Of a stretch of 64,000 bases of DNA, positions 49,684-60,139 are shown piece after piece. The stretch lies in IMG/VR virus record IMGVR_UViG_3300001782_000005, positions 124,001 through 188,000 of that record. One strand, given 5' to 3'. Positions within the stretch are counted from its first letter, which is position 1; each line of letters opens with the position of its first letter. Made by a program: the position numbers and the translations under genes. A model generated the notes under the pieces. The model was not told where the DNA came from. It did not search any database and worked only from the letters and a program-made list of their open reading frames with translations.

Positions 49684-50436
49684 ATGGCCCTTCCAATTGA
49701 TGCAGTTTACGCAGGGACTAATGCCAAGATAGCAGATGTACAGGCAAAATATAATGATTGTCTTACCTTATTCCCCGATATTCAAACACAATTAGCAATA
49801 GTCTCAGCAAATGTGACAACTATATATAATACTGCTGTTGATATGATCAGTGAAGAATTTAGTACTCTACTAGAGAAATACGGAATTAATTGTGCATCCA
49901 GAGCATATTTTGGTCAAGATGCTGATGACTTAATAACTGATAGATATGACATATTTGAGAAAGCACAAAGCGGTGACATATATAATCCAATTAATGATCA
50001 ACTACAGTATATGCTAGATCAAACAGGACCTTTTGACTGTAGTATACCTGCTATAGAAGCTTGGGTGAGAAGTTTATTTGATAATTTATCTGATAAGACA
50101 GATGACCGTAAAGATCTTATTGATGCAGCAAAACAATTTGTAGATGATGCAAAAGAATTTGTCGATGATGTAAACCGTGCTTTAGGTTTCCTTGGTGAGT
50201 GGATAGGATGTGGAGTACAGATGTTTAATAATTTCTATGATCTTGGACCTGCTATGGAAACTTATAATACATATGCCAATCAAACTTTTACTGCAGTTGA
50301 TAATGCAAAACAAATAACCGATAATCCAACTGAAATTTATAATTTATCAGTAGAGGAAACAAAATCCACTCTAGGTTTACAAACTAGAATGGATAACCTC
50401 AAGAGTGAAGCTAGTTCTATACTAAGTTTATTTTAG
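49684..50436 (+). CDS. Helical hypothetical protein, probably virion-associated
   Basis: Acidic and helical; adjacent to the PAAR gene. Confidence 0.4.
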   Translation: MALPIDAVYAGTNAKIADVQAKYNDCLTLFPDIQTQLAIVSANVTTIYNTAVDMISEEFSTLLEKYGINCASRAYFGQDADDLITDRYDIFEKAQSGDIYNPINDQLQYMLDQTGPFDCSIPAIEAWVRSLFDNLSDKTDDRKDLIDAAKQFVDDAKEFVDDVNRALGFLGEWIGCGVQMFNNFYDLGPAMETYNTYANQTFTAVDNAKQITDNPTEIYNLSVEETKSTLGLQTRMDNLKSEASSILSLF

Positions 50437-50444
50437 GAGAAAAC

Positions 50445-50747
50445 ATGCCCGGAACAGCATTCCTTACATCAATTGGAGTAGGTACTTGCTGCTGCCACCA
50501 CGATCCGGATTGTAGACCAAAAACTGGTATGATTGTTTCTGGATCTCCGGATAAGATTACGAATGGATTACCAACCGCAAGAATTGGGGACGTATTTTTA
50601 GGAACTTGTGGTCATACTTCTATAATGGCAAGTGGGTCTCCAAATGTGATTACAAATGGAAGGGGTCAATGTAGAATTGGCGATGTTTTTTCCGGCTGTA
50701 TAGTAGGAGTGATTGTTACAGGTTCTCCAGATTCTATCACTAACTAG
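50445..50747 (+). CDS. PAAR-repeat spike-tip protein (T4 gp5.4-like)
   Basis: SGSP....NG.PTARIGD repeats with Cys/His. Confidence 0.85.
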   Translation: MPGTAFLTSIGVGTCCCHHDPDCRPKTGMIVSGSPDKITNGLPTARIGDVFLGTCGHTSIMASGSPNVITNGRGQCRIGDVFSGCIVGVIVTGSPDSITN

Positions 50748-50749
50748 AT

Positions 50750-50778
50750 AAAAAAAGGGAGGTCAGACCTCCCAATTT
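50750..50778. terminator. Terminator between convergent genes
   Basis: A-tract then GGGAGGT-CAG-ACCTCCC hairpin. Confidence 0.7.
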
Positions 50779-50796
50779 CCAGAACACAGCTCTCCT

Positions 50797-51168
50797 TTAC
50801 TTAAGATCGGACGCTGAAACCTTTTCTTTCCTCACGGTATCTAGCTGAACGACCTTGATGGGTTTTGGAGTTGTTCTGAACTTCCCTTTCCTCATATCTA
50901 CCAAATGTTTCCTGACCATCTCGACTTTTGGGTCTTCACTTTCAATGTAATGAATTATGAATACGCCAGTTGTTGATGTACATTTTGGACAGCAGCGGTG
51001 TTCTAGTGCATCATATACTGCGCTACAATTTCCACAAAGTTTTGTATCATCAACTCTAAAGATTACGGAGACAAATGTTTCCTTCTTTTCCATTCTATAA
51101 TCATAGAAACCGGCGAATATGAAGCATCCTAAAGCGAGACCAACAATTAATGCTACAAGAATTTCCAT
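50797..51168 (-). CDS. Membrane-anchored Zn-ribbon protein
   Basis: N-terminal TM; CGNC...CPKC. Confidence 0.55.
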   Translation of the reverse strand: MEILVALIVGLALGCFIFAGFYDYRMEKKETFVSVIFRVDDTKLCGNCSAVYDALEHRCCPKCTSTTGVFIIHYIESEDPKVEMVRKHLVDMRKGKFRTTPKPIKVVQLDTVRKEKVSASDLK

Positions 51169-51406
51169 CTTTATCGACCCCCTTCGATAATTTGGCTAAG
51201 TTCTCCGATGCACTTAACACAGAGACCTGTTTTTCGAAATTTCTCAATTTCGATATTTGTTTGGAATTGGTCAAGAGTAATATTACTTGAGCAGGCCAGG
51301 CATCGACCCTGTTTAATCAAACCATATGTGTCGATGCCTCTTAGAAACATTGCTGACCTAATTGAACTTATGCATCTAACAGTTTTTATTGGATATTTGT
51401 TCTCGG

Positions 51407-51880
51407 TCATATTGGGTACTCCCCTGAGTAATCAAGTTCTAATTTTAACCCACCTTCTTTAGGGACAATTTCGCCTATTCCTTTCTCAACTTCTTTCATT
51501 TGTTTTTTAATTTTTTCCAACTCTTGTTCAAGTTTAGATAAGATCTCCATCTCAACCATACCAAACATTTGTTTATGTTGTTCATAGAGTTCTGGACTTC
51601 GAGCAATTATTTGTATTTGCATCCCTTCAAGAATATCTAATTGGAGTTTGAGGGCTCTTAAATCTTGAGATACTTTAGATGATTGTTTAGCAATAGTGAC
51701 ACTAGAAGAAATAGCTTTATCGGTACCATCTATTACAACTAACATCTGATCTTTAGTTCTTATCATTCCCCAAAGCATCACAATTATAAGCGCCGCAAAT
51801 ATTATGTTGAGAGCGGTTTGGGCACAAAGGAAATTGTATGTAATCTTGAATGGATCCTTTTTGAATTTTTCAGCATGCAT
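51407..51880 (-). CDS. Membrane-anchored coiled-coil protein
   Basis: One TM followed by heptads; GGAGG RBS. Confidence 0.5.
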   Translation of the reverse strand: MHAEKFKKDPFKITYNFLCAQTALNIIFAALIIVMLWGMIRTKDQMLVVIDGTDKAISSSVTIAKQSSKVSQDLRALKLQLDILEGMQIQIIARSPELYEQHKQMFGMVEMEILSKLEQELEKIKKQMKEVEKGIGEIVPKEGGLKLELDYSGEYPI

Positions 51881-52210
51881 TAGTGCCTCCTTTATCTAGC
51901 TTGCTGCTGTAACTGACGTATTTCTTGAGCGCTTAATGCTCGTATCTGCATCACGTGTTCAGTTGGAATAGCCAACCAGAGACTTCGGTGATAGAGGTCC
52001 CCTCCGGGGTTCTCCATGTAACAAAGAGTATATTTTTCCTCTTCAGAAATTTTGAAATAGGGAGTATTGATATTCTGTATTACTGTCATAAATTGAGAAT
52101 CACCTCCTCTTGTATCAGGATTAGGTAACCAGAACTTATAAGTAATATTAAACATCAATACTAAACTTATAACAAATCCTAAAAGTTTTTTACCCACGAT
52201 ATCCTCCTCT

Positions 52211-52699
52211 TTAGTTCATTAAATAGAAACCGATGATTTTCTGGTTATGGATACTTAGGATTATAAACTCAGCAGCAACTTTTCTGTCTTCTGTTCTCTT
52301 TACCAACATCCATTCATGTATCCAAATCAGATTTCCATTATTAAGAGCAAATGAAACTTTGATTCGGTCTCCTTTGTTGAGATTTACATTACTACTTGAT
52401 AGAAACGAGATTCCAGTCCTTGATAGGTCCTCGACAATCATACCATGCTCTTTCCCGAATCCGTCTATCCACGAACCAGGGAGACTCACCTTTTTTCTAT
52501 ACCAAGATCTGGTACAGAAAATTACGTTCCATTTTTCACCACAAGTACAACTAGCTCTAAGTTGCTTATTTAGTTTTCCATTTGTGAGTCTCATATGGTA
52601 TATTCTTGAACATTTAGGACATTCGATTTTAGTACCCCCGGATGGACCAACTGGAATAACCTCATATTCCTGATATGTTTCCAGATTTAGACCATTCAC
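52211..52699 (-). CDS. Zn-ribbon plus PilZ domain protein (putative c-di-GMP receptor)
   Basis: CPKC...CTC; RSWYR (RxxxR) and DLSRTG (DxSxxG). Confidence 0.8.
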   Translation of the reverse strand: MNGLNLETYQEYEVIPVGPSGGTKIECPKCSRIYHMRLTNGKLNKQLRASCTCGEKWNVIFCTRSWYRKKVSLPGSWIDGFGKEHGMIVEDLSRTGISFLSSSNVNLNKGDRIKVSFALNNGNLIWIHEWMLVKRTEDRKVAAEFIILSIHNQKIIGFYLMN

Positions 52700-52904
52700 C
52701 TTAACTCCTCCTTGATTTATCTATTCATATCTTGGCAAAACTTCCTCTGTAAACTCTTTTGCTTTCTTAAAAAGTTCATCTAATGATTCAAAATCTCTTA
52801 TTTCAAAGGTTTTCATATGTGTTACTTTATTAGTATCAACTATCACCTCGACTCTTAATTCTCTTAATATCTCTGCCACCCTCAGGTCTCCTTTCAACTT
52901 AGGG

Positions 52905-53222
52905 TTATTTAGTTTTACTTAATTCTTCGAATTCTTTCCTATATCTCATATAAGTTTGTGGATCGGTTGGCACAAATTTTCCACCCTTAGCTAATCTAGT
53001 CTGCGCTATAGGTAAGATAGCTAGGGCGACGGCTAATCCGAAAGTCTTACTGTTTGCGACCCAGATAACTACTCCAGCTTCTTCGTCTATAACTCGACTT
53101 ATTGTGGTTTCACCATCATGTAAGCTAATTTCAAAAGTTGTGACAGAGTCCGGATTAGCATAACACAGCGCAGAGGAAAGAAATAGAATTATTACTGATA
53201 AAACTAAAATTTTTGTCTTCAT
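52905..53222 (-). CDS. Secreted small protein
   Basis: Signal peptide; AAGGAGG RBS. Confidence 0.55.
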   Translation of the reverse strand: MKTKILVLSVIILFLSSALCYANPDSVTTFEISLHDGETTISRVIDEEAGVVIWVANSKTFGLAVALAILPIAQTRLAKGGKFVPTDPQTYMRYRKEFEELSKTK

Positions 53223-53300
53223 AGGTTACCCCTCCTTTTCAAAAATTACTTTTATATTTGGCATTAAAATCACTCACAAACATATTGTTCTGCTTCAGAT

Positions 53301-53314
53301 ATTAATATATATAG
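53301..53314 (-). promoter_or_regulatory. Putative early promoter CTATATATATTAAT (copy 4)
   Basis: Exact motif heading the 50.8-53.2 kb minus-strand island. Confidence 0.75.
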
Positions 53315-53336
53315 AGTACATTTTATTATCCAAATA

Positions 53337-53343
53337 GAACAAA
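53337..53343 (+). promoter_or_regulatory. Putative middle/late promoter element GAACAAA
   Basis: About 28 nt before the first GT gene; similar position before six other genes. Confidence 0.45.
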
Positions 53344-53370
53344 ATAACAATATATACCGAAGGAGCGAAC

Positions 53371-54366
53371 ATGAGAATTCTTTTCAATCTGGTTAATTGT
53401 GGACTAGGTAATAATGGAGGGTCATCTACAATAATTCATTCAGCTAATACTCTACTTGAAATGGGCCATAATGTAAAAATTATTGATAGTATGAAAAATA
53501 AGTTTACTTGGTTTCCATTAAAAGCAGATCATATAATATTGAGAGATTTAGACGATTGCCCAGATGCAGATGTGGTCATTGCAACAGGTTTCAAAACTGT
53601 AGCTCCTACTCTCAAGTTACCTAATAGGTGTGGAATTAAAGCACATTGGATAAGAGCATGGGAACACTGGCAAATGCCACATGATCAAATTCTTAGTAGA
53701 GTTCTTAATGTGCCAACCATCAAACTTGTTAATAGTTTATGTCTTCAAAGGAAACTTGAACAGTATCAAATTCCATCTCATATTGTAAGACCAGGATATG
53801 ATTTTGGAAAGTTATATCCTCTCAATCTTAGAAACTACAGAGATAAACAAATCATTATAGGCGCTCTTTACCGTGAGGGAGTCCATGGTCAGAGAAAGAG
53901 AACAAACTGGGCTCTTGATGTTGCAAAACAGTTACATACAACTAAGAAAATAAAATTTTGGATGTTTGGATCAGAATCAAAACCAAACCTTCCCTTCATT
54001 GATAATTATCTTAGAATGCCCTCATTTCAACAAAAGAATGAATTCTATAATAAAATTCATTTATGGATTGCACCCACTATGTCAGAAGGTCTACATCTTC
54101 CTCCTGCTGAAGCAATGATGACTGAATGTCCAGTTGTAGGTACTGATGCACAAATGAGCGGCATGCAGGATTATTTGATAGATGGTAAAACCGGTAGAGT
54201 ATCGGGAGACAGTTTTATGTCATTTTTTCATATTGTTAGAGAATTAATTAACCAACCTGGGGTCATGCAAACATTGGGAAAGAATGGTAGATTAAAGATT
54301 ATGGAATTGGGTGACCGGAAAACCAATATGTATCTAATGATTAACTATCTAAAGAGTTTAATATGA
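53371..54366 (+). CDS. Glycosyltransferase family 4 (GT-B)
   Basis: GG near the N-terminus; EGLHLPPAEAM Ex7E motif. Confidence 0.85.
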   Translation: MRILFNLVNCGLGNNGGSSTIIHSANTLLEMGHNVKIIDSMKNKFTWFPLKADHIILRDLDDCPDADVVIATGFKTVAPTLKLPNRCGIKAHWIRAWEHWQMPHDQILSRVLNVPTIKLVNSLCLQRKLEQYQIPSHIVRPGYDFGKLYPLNLRNYRDKQIIIGALYREGVHGQRKRTNWALDVAKQLHTTKKIKFWMFGSESKPNLPFIDNYLRMPSFQQKNEFYNKIHLWIAPTMSEGLHLPPAEAMMTECPVVGTDAQMSGMQDYLIDGKTGRVSGDSFMSFFHIVRELINQPGVMQTLGKNGRLKIMELGDRKTNMYLMINYLKSLI

Positions 54367-55196
54367 GCCTAAAAGTATATAAAGTAGCAGAAATACTAAA
54401 AGATCTTGAAAGTTCTATAGAAGAGAAGAGACCATTTTCTCTAATACGTTTTGGAGATGGTGGTATTAAATTAATTCATTCATACTACTTTCATGATCAT
54501 AAGCAATTATATGCAATCTGTAAGAAAGAAGGATTGCCAGGAGATAGAGTTAAATACATTATTGATTTATGGGCAAGATATGCAAATGAAGCTGATTATA
54601 TAGATTGCCTTGATGTTTATTTTTCAAAGCGTTTCTGGGGTAAGTATAGGAAGGGATTTGTTCAAGCATCTGATAAAACTTTGATGAGAATGAGAATGTG
54701 GAAAGAGTTATATAGTCGTGCAGGATTTGATATTCATAACGCTAAATACTGTAACCCAGAAGTTAATTATTTAATGTGTGTGGTTTTTCCTGGAAAGAAG
54801 ACTATCTTTGAGATAATGAAGGATAAGAAGGTATGTTGTATAACCTCTTGCCCACAAGCTATAAATAAGCTTCCCAATTATAATATTGACGTTATAGAAA
54901 TTGTTGGTCATTATGAGAGGCATTTTGCAAAATCTTTTTCTAAAGTTGTTAGTCTCATTGAAGGTCGTGCAAACCTCTATGATTTTTGGATTGTGGGAGC
55001 TGGAGAATTGGGTAGAATATATTCCGGATTAATCAAGGCTAGAGGAGGGAGAACGATTGATATGGGTTTTGTTATTGATTATTGGCACAATCAAGAAATC
55101 CCATCCCGACTTAATCAATTTATAGATCCCCATCCTCTAGATAAATTAAAGTTAGTATTGACAAAGTATGGGAAACCTTATGCAGAACACCTCTAA
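54363..55196 (+). CDS. GT-D fold (DUF1792-like) glycosyltransferase
   Basis: PFSLIRFGDG, VGAG..G, IDMG. Confidence 0.7.
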   Translation: MSLKVYKVAEILKDLESSIEEKRPFSLIRFGDGGIKLIHSYYFHDHKQLYAICKKEGLPGDRVKYIIDLWARYANEADYIDCLDVYFSKRFWGKYRKGFVQASDKTLMRMRMWKELYSRAGFDIHNAKYCNPEVNYLMCVVFPGKKTIFEIMKDKKVCCITSCPQAINKLPNYNIDVIEIVGHYERHFAKSFSKVVSLIEGRANLYDFWIVGAGELGRIYSGLIKARGGRTIDMGFVIDYWHNQEIPSRLNQFIDPHPLDKLKLVLTKYGKPYAEHL

Positions 55197-55926
55197 GAAA
55201 ATAGATATTACGATGACTAGTGTCCTTCGACCAAGTATAGTCGATGCGACTCTTAGGTCGTTCTGTGAAAAAATGTTGACTGATCGAGATAGATATCGTT
55301 TAATTATCAATATTGATCCAGTCGGTGAAAATATAAAACCAAAAGAAGTAATAAAAGTTTGTGAAAATTACTTTGATGATATTATTTATAATGTGGCTGA
55401 TAAACCATCATTCCCAGCTGCTGTAATATGGACTTGGAGAAAGGCAAGATCTGAGTGGATCTTTCACCTTGAAGATGACTGGAAAGTTTCTCGTGAAGTT
55501 AGCATAAATCATATGATCAACATTCTTAAAAAATATGAAGATATCGCATGCCTTAGACTTCCAAAACACCCCATTCCAAATAAAAGATTAATTATGATGT
55601 TTCGGTCTAGATATAAGTATAATCCCGATGGATTTTATATCGCTGATGATAGAAAAGCACAATTTGGCCTAAATCCGGTTTTGATAAGAGGAACTTTTGT
55701 TAGAAGAGCAGTTCCATTGATGGTTACATCTAAAAATCCTGAAAAACAATTTAGATATGGAAATATAGTAATGAGAGAGTTTATTATGAAATGGAAATAT
55801 GCAATTTATGGAACACCGGGTCAACCTACTCTTGCAATTGATAATGGTTTAGTATGGAGACAGACTCTAGGTTTCAATAAACCTGAACCAGAAGAAGGGC
55901 CATTTTTGGTATGGAAAAAGAAATAA
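55168..55926 (+). CDS. GT-A fold glycosyltransferase
   Basis: TS..RP, FHLEDDW, LNP. Confidence 0.7.
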   Translation: MGNLMQNTSKKIDITMTSVLRPSIVDATLRSFCEKMLTDRDRYRLIINIDPVGENIKPKEVIKVCENYFDDIIYNVADKPSFPAAVIWTWRKARSEWIFHLEDDWKVSREVSINHMINILKKYEDIACLRLPKHPIPNKRLIMMFRSRYKYNPDGFYIADDRKAQFGLNPVLIRGTFVRRAVPLMVTSKNPEKQFRYGNIVMREFIMKWKYAIYGTPGQPTLAIDNGLVWRQTLGFNKPEPEEGPFLVWKKK

Positions 55927-56678
55927 ATTTATTTTGGCAACACAAAGATGGAAATTTTGGAGATGAATTATCTCCTTATATTGTCAGCAAAATATCTGGA
56001 AAAAAAGTTAAGTTTTCTAATAGCCCTACTCCAACAAAAGTTATATATCTAGCTGTAGGTAGTATTCTCCATCATTTAGCTGCTGGAATGAAATGGTGTG
56101 AGATTTGGGGTTCTGGTTTAATGGACCAAAACCATACATTAGTTTCTCCAAAAAAGATTCATGCTGTTAGAGGACCATTAACTAGACAATTCCTAATAAG
56201 ACAAGGGATAGATTGTCCCGCTATTTATGGAGATCCAGCCCTTTTATTACCTCGTTTATTCAATCCAAAAGTTGAGAAGAAATATAGAGTGGGTATAGTT
56301 CCACATTTTATTGATCAGAAAGATAGTTGGATAAAAATTCAGAATGCCAAAGATGATGTTTTGATAATAAATGTTTATGATCCAATCGAAAAAGTTATCA
56401 TAGATATTTTGTCTTGTAAAGCAATTCTTTCTAGTTCTTTGCATGGCCTAATTGTAGCTGATGCGTATGAAATTCCATCGTTATGGATTAAACTATCCGA
56501 CAAGGTAAAGGGAAAGGGTTTTAAATTTAGAGATTATCTCTTATCAATTGGTGTTGAACCCTATAAACCATATTATCCAGCAATCCCATACCAAGACATT
56601 GATGCACCATTAAGATTTGTAAAAAAATATAAACTGAAATTAAATCTGGACAGACTTCTAGAAAGTCACCCCTTTTAA
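55911..56678 (+). CDS. Polysaccharide pyruvyl transferase
   Basis: NFGD.L, GSIL, WGSG, AVRGPLT, GDPALL, SSSLHGLI.ADAY. Confidence 0.88.
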   Translation: MEKEINLFWQHKDGNFGDELSPYIVSKISGKKVKFSNSPTPTKVIYLAVGSILHHLAAGMKWCEIWGSGLMDQNHTLVSPKKIHAVRGPLTRQFLIRQGIDCPAIYGDPALLLPRLFNPKVEKKYRVGIVPHFIDQKDSWIKIQNAKDDVLIINVYDPIEKVIIDILSCKAILSSSLHGLIVADAYEIPSLWIKLSDKVKGKGFKFRDYLLSIGVEPYKPYYPAIPYQDIDAPLRFVKKYKLKLNLDRLLESHPF

Positions 56679-56687
56679 GGAGATAAG

Positions 56688-57965
56688 ATGAAAGTTATTC
56701 TAATTTATTTACCGCACCCATATTTTAAGCAACCGGATTCACAAGCTCCATTAGGACTCTTATATTTGGGTGCAGTATTGGAGGAAGAGGGAATTGAAGT
56801 GGAGATGAAAAATTATTCAAGTTATTCAAATGAACAGGCAATTGAAGATCTACCTTTTGCTGACATCTATGGCCTTACTACAACTAGTCTTGAATTGCTC
56901 CAAAGTAATAGATTTGCTAAATCTATAAAGGAGAAGTATCCTAATTCAACTGTATTTGTAGGTGGACCCGGAACATATACAGATGAATATATTGATTGGA
57001 AATATATAGATTCAATTTGTAAAGGTGAAGCTGAGCATACAATTTTTGATATGATAAATGATTCTAATAAAGGTGCTCTAAGAAGAATATATAATGGTAA
57101 TTTTATTAAAGATTTAGATTCTCTACCTTTACCTGCCCGCCATTTATTAAAAGACAAACAAGGTGGCAAGATCTTTGCATATGACAGAGATTATAAGGGT
57201 ACAGGGAGTACTGTACTCATGACAAGTAGGGGTTGCCCTTTTAATTGTTCTTTTTGTTCTTCTCCCTGTTTCAATAATCGAGTTGTAAGGTGGCGAACTC
57301 CTGAGAAAGTAGCAGAGGAAGTCAGGCATGTAATAGATAGTTACAATATCCGCCAATTTAGATTTTCAGATGATACGATTACAGTAAATAAAAAGCATTG
57401 TCTAAGAGTAGCCGAATTATTTGGAGAATTAGATGTTGCTTGGAGAATATCAACTCGAGTCAAACCATTTGATTATGATGTCTTTAAAGCGATGCATGAG
57501 GCCGGTTTAAAAGAGATATCTTTTGGAGTTGAGAGTTTTGACGACGATATACTTAAGATATTAAATAAAGGTGCGACTGTTGCTGATAATGTTAGAGCTT
57601 TAGAATTGTCTGATAAAATTGGAATAAAAGCAAGAATCTTAATGATGATCGGAACGCCAGGGCAGACAAGAAAAACTATTGAGAGAAATAAATACTGGAT
57701 TCCGAAAGTTCCATTTAATATGGTTGCTTGTAAAAGATTTGTTCCAATGCCCGGGAGCGACATTTGGAATAATCCTGATCATTATAACATTGAAATTCTA
57801 AATAGAAATTTAGATGATTATAATTTCTATTTCTTCGGCCCGGAAGGAATGAATGAACATATTGATTTTATCAGACTTAAAGATAGGAATATGGATGAAG
57901 TCAATAAAGAAAATTTAGAGTTTTTAGACTTTTTAGATGAAACTGGAAAATTAAATAAGGGGTAA
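56688..57965 (+). CDS. Cobalamin-binding radical SAM enzyme (class B methyltransferase-like)
   Basis: PLGLLYL, VGGP, GEAE; SRGCPFNCSFC; GVES. Confidence 0.9.
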   Translation: MKVILIYLPHPYFKQPDSQAPLGLLYLGAVLEEEGIEVEMKNYSSYSNEQAIEDLPFADIYGLTTTSLELLQSNRFAKSIKEKYPNSTVFVGGPGTYTDEYIDWKYIDSICKGEAEHTIFDMINDSNKGALRRIYNGNFIKDLDSLPLPARHLLKDKQGGKIFAYDRDYKGTGSTVLMTSRGCPFNCSFCSSPCFNNRVVRWRTPEKVAEEVRHVIDSYNIRQFRFSDDTITVNKKHCLRVAELFGELDVAWRISTRVKPFDYDVFKAMHEAGLKEISFGVESFDDDILKILNKGATVADNVRALELSDKIGIKARILMMIGTPGQTRKTIERNKYWIPKVPFNMVACKRFVPMPGSDIWNNPDHYNIEILNRNLDDYNFYFFGPEGMNEHIDFIRLKDRNMDEVNKENLEFLDFLDETGKLNKG

Positions 57966-57969
57966 AAGT

Positions 57970-58662
57970 ATGATACTCAAAGAGAGTCAAGAGCAGCGAG
58001 ATGGAGAACTTTCTAAATTGACTGGGATCTCTATAGATATAATTAGGAAACTCGATATAACAAAACCTAGATGTGGTTATGAAGAACCAGAAACCGAGAA
58101 TGGATATATAGAACTTTACTCAAAGGACTATGGATTGAAAACTGTTGAGTATATGAGAATCCTAATGTGTACTAGTATTAACGCGAGAGATGAGGAGCTT
58201 TATCAACTTATAAATAGAACTTCAGGAAAGAAGTGTCTTGATTTTGGTTGTGGAGTTGGAACTCATGCAATTGCTTTGTTAGAGAGAGGTAATGATGTTT
58301 CAATTTTAGATGTGCCTAGTCCACTTTTGGATCTAACTGTAAAAAGAGCTGCTTTAAGAAAGTTGTCGTTTGAGAAGGTTTATTCTAATGATGATAAACT
58401 CCCAAATTCTAAATTTGATATAGTTATATGTACTAACGTCCTCGAGCATGTATATGATCCAATTAGAGAAGTAGATAGGATAACTAAAAGCCTAAGGAAA
58501 CATGGAGAATTACATTTAGTTGTTAGTAACAAAATCAAACCATCTTCTGGGCATTTCAGAAGAACTGTTGAGATGTGGAGAAAAGAAGGTAGTGCTTTTA
58601 TGAAGAAATATTATGTTAAAAAGGGAAAAACTATGTATCAGAAGAGAAAAAGGCCACTATGA
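57970..58662 (+). CDS. Class I SAM-dependent methyltransferase
   Basis: LDFGCGVG, FDIVIC..VLEH. Confidence 0.85.
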   Translation: MILKESQEQRDGELSKLTGISIDIIRKLDITKPRCGYEEPETENGYIELYSKDYGLKTVEYMRILMCTSINARDEELYQLINRTSGKKCLDFGCGVGTHAIALLERGNDVSILDVPSPLLDLTVKRAALRKLSFEKVYSNDDKLPNSKFDIVICTNVLEHVYDPIREVDRITKSLRKHGELHLVVSNKIKPSSGHFRRTVEMWRKEGSAFMKKYYVKKGKTMYQKRKRPL

Positions 58663-59246
58663 AAAAATTGAAGAACATTCCAGTTATTGCTAAATGGACT
58701 CATTGGAGAGTTGCAGAAGAATTGAAACATCATAAACCTTCGACAGTTATTGATATGGGAGGGGTCGGGAGATTAGGAAAACTTACATCTTTTAAGGTGA
58801 CAGATGCTAATATAAAACAAGGGATAGATGCAACCAATATGCCATTTGAAGATAAGTCATTTGACGCATCTGTTTCTATTAATACACTTGAGCATGTGAA
58901 ACTTAAGAAGAATTTTCTTCTTGAGGCTATCAGAGTAGCAAGGATTGTATCAATACATGAATTCCCATTTGGTCCACATGCTAGGCAGGTTGAGGAACTA
59001 AAAGAAAAATTAGGCCATAAGCATCCTTGTAAACTTCCAAATTATCGAGACCATATTTTACCTTTTATGACTAATTCATCATTAGATTGTAAATTTAAAC
59101 CTGCCATGAGTTGTCAAATTTGCCTTTTATTGTTAGCATCTATGAATGAAAAAATGAATGTGAATGAGACATTTGAACTTGCTAGATCATGTGGGAGTGC
59201 ACCATATAGCTATATATTAGTTATAAAATCGAAAGGTGAGAAATGA
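58659..59246 (+). CDS. Class I SAM-dependent methyltransferase (type 11-like)
   Basis: IDMGG, DA..MPF.D.SFD.....TLEH, EA.RV. Confidence 0.8.
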   Translation: MKKLKNIPVIAKWTHWRVAEELKHHKPSTVIDMGGVGRLGKLTSFKVTDANIKQGIDATNMPFEDKSFDASVSINTLEHVKLKKNFLLEAIRVARIVSIHEFPFGPHARQVEELKEKLGHKHPCKLPNYRDHILPFMTNSSLDCKFKPAMSCQICLLLLASMNEKMNVNETFELARSCGSAPYSYILVIKSKGEK

Positions 59247-60127
59247 GAATCTTATATTTTTCGGACGGTTATTCATGGAATGTAATGGGAGTTAAGCGCT
59301 CAATTTCTGAAGAATTGCAAAGGAAAGGTCATGATGTTATTTATTTGGATAAAGGTTTGATATGGAAGATTTCGGACTTTATATTTGAGTATGATCCAGA
59401 TCAGATATGGTTAGCACATACAGGTTTATTTTTCTCAAATGAGGTTAGAAAGAAAATAAAGAAACCAATTATCGGTTTTGGTTTTAGTGATCCCTATTAC
59501 ACACAGTTGTATCCAGAGAAATATGACGTTTATATAACTAATCATTATAAAACTTACCTTAGTCTTAAAGATAAAATAAAGTGTATTTATAACCCGCCTT
59601 CATGCGATTTTAAATTTCACCAAAAATTAAACCTTCAAAAAACAGTCGATCTTTCAATGATTGGTACAGCAGTACATTCCCGCTTTAAAAATCAAAAATT
59701 AAGAATAGAGACAATCAACAAACTTAGAAAAGATACTAACTGGATTATTGTAGCATATGGAAAGAAATGGCCTAAAAACTTGAGAAATCGTGGCCATATT
59801 GAAGGTCAAGAATTTTTGGTTGCTATAAATAGTACAAAGTTAGGTCTGGATCCAGTCGAGAAACGCTTCATTTTAACAAGAAGGATATTTGAGTTTTCTG
59901 CTTGTGGAGTACCTATTATAACCAGACATAGAGAAGAACCATTACTACATTTTGAAAAAGACAAAGAAATTCTTACTTATCATAACTACGATGACCTTTT
60001 GGAACAAGTAAATTATTATCTTAGTAACTCATCTGAGTTAGAACAAATAGGTACAAGAGCATTAGAGAGGTGTGTGAGAGACCATAATATAAGTAATAGG
60101 GTTGATCACATATTGGCAGAACTTTAA
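59243..60127 (+). CDS. CgeB-like GT-B glycosyltransferase
   Basis: DP motif; R.FE..ACG; F..DKEI; H....R. Confidence 0.8.
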   Translation: MRILYFSDGYSWNVMGVKRSISEELQRKGHDVIYLDKGLIWKISDFIFEYDPDQIWLAHTGLFFSNEVRKKIKKPIIGFGFSDPYYTQLYPEKYDVYITNHYKTYLSLKDKIKCIYNPPSCDFKFHQKLNLQKTVDLSMIGTAVHSRFKNQKLRIETINKLRKDTNWIIVAYGKKWPKNLRNRGHIEGQEFLVAINSTKLGLDPVEKRFILTRRIFEFSACGVPIITRHREEPLLHFEKDKEILTYHNYDDLLEQVNYYLSNSSELEQIGTRALERCVRDHNISNRVDHILAEL

Positions 60128-60139
60128 CGAGGATGGTAA

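Noticed and set aside
13057-50747. Type VI secretion system or eCIS (VgrG plus PAAR)
   Set aside because: No Tss membrane complex or ClpV; the genes sit among phage replication and neck genes
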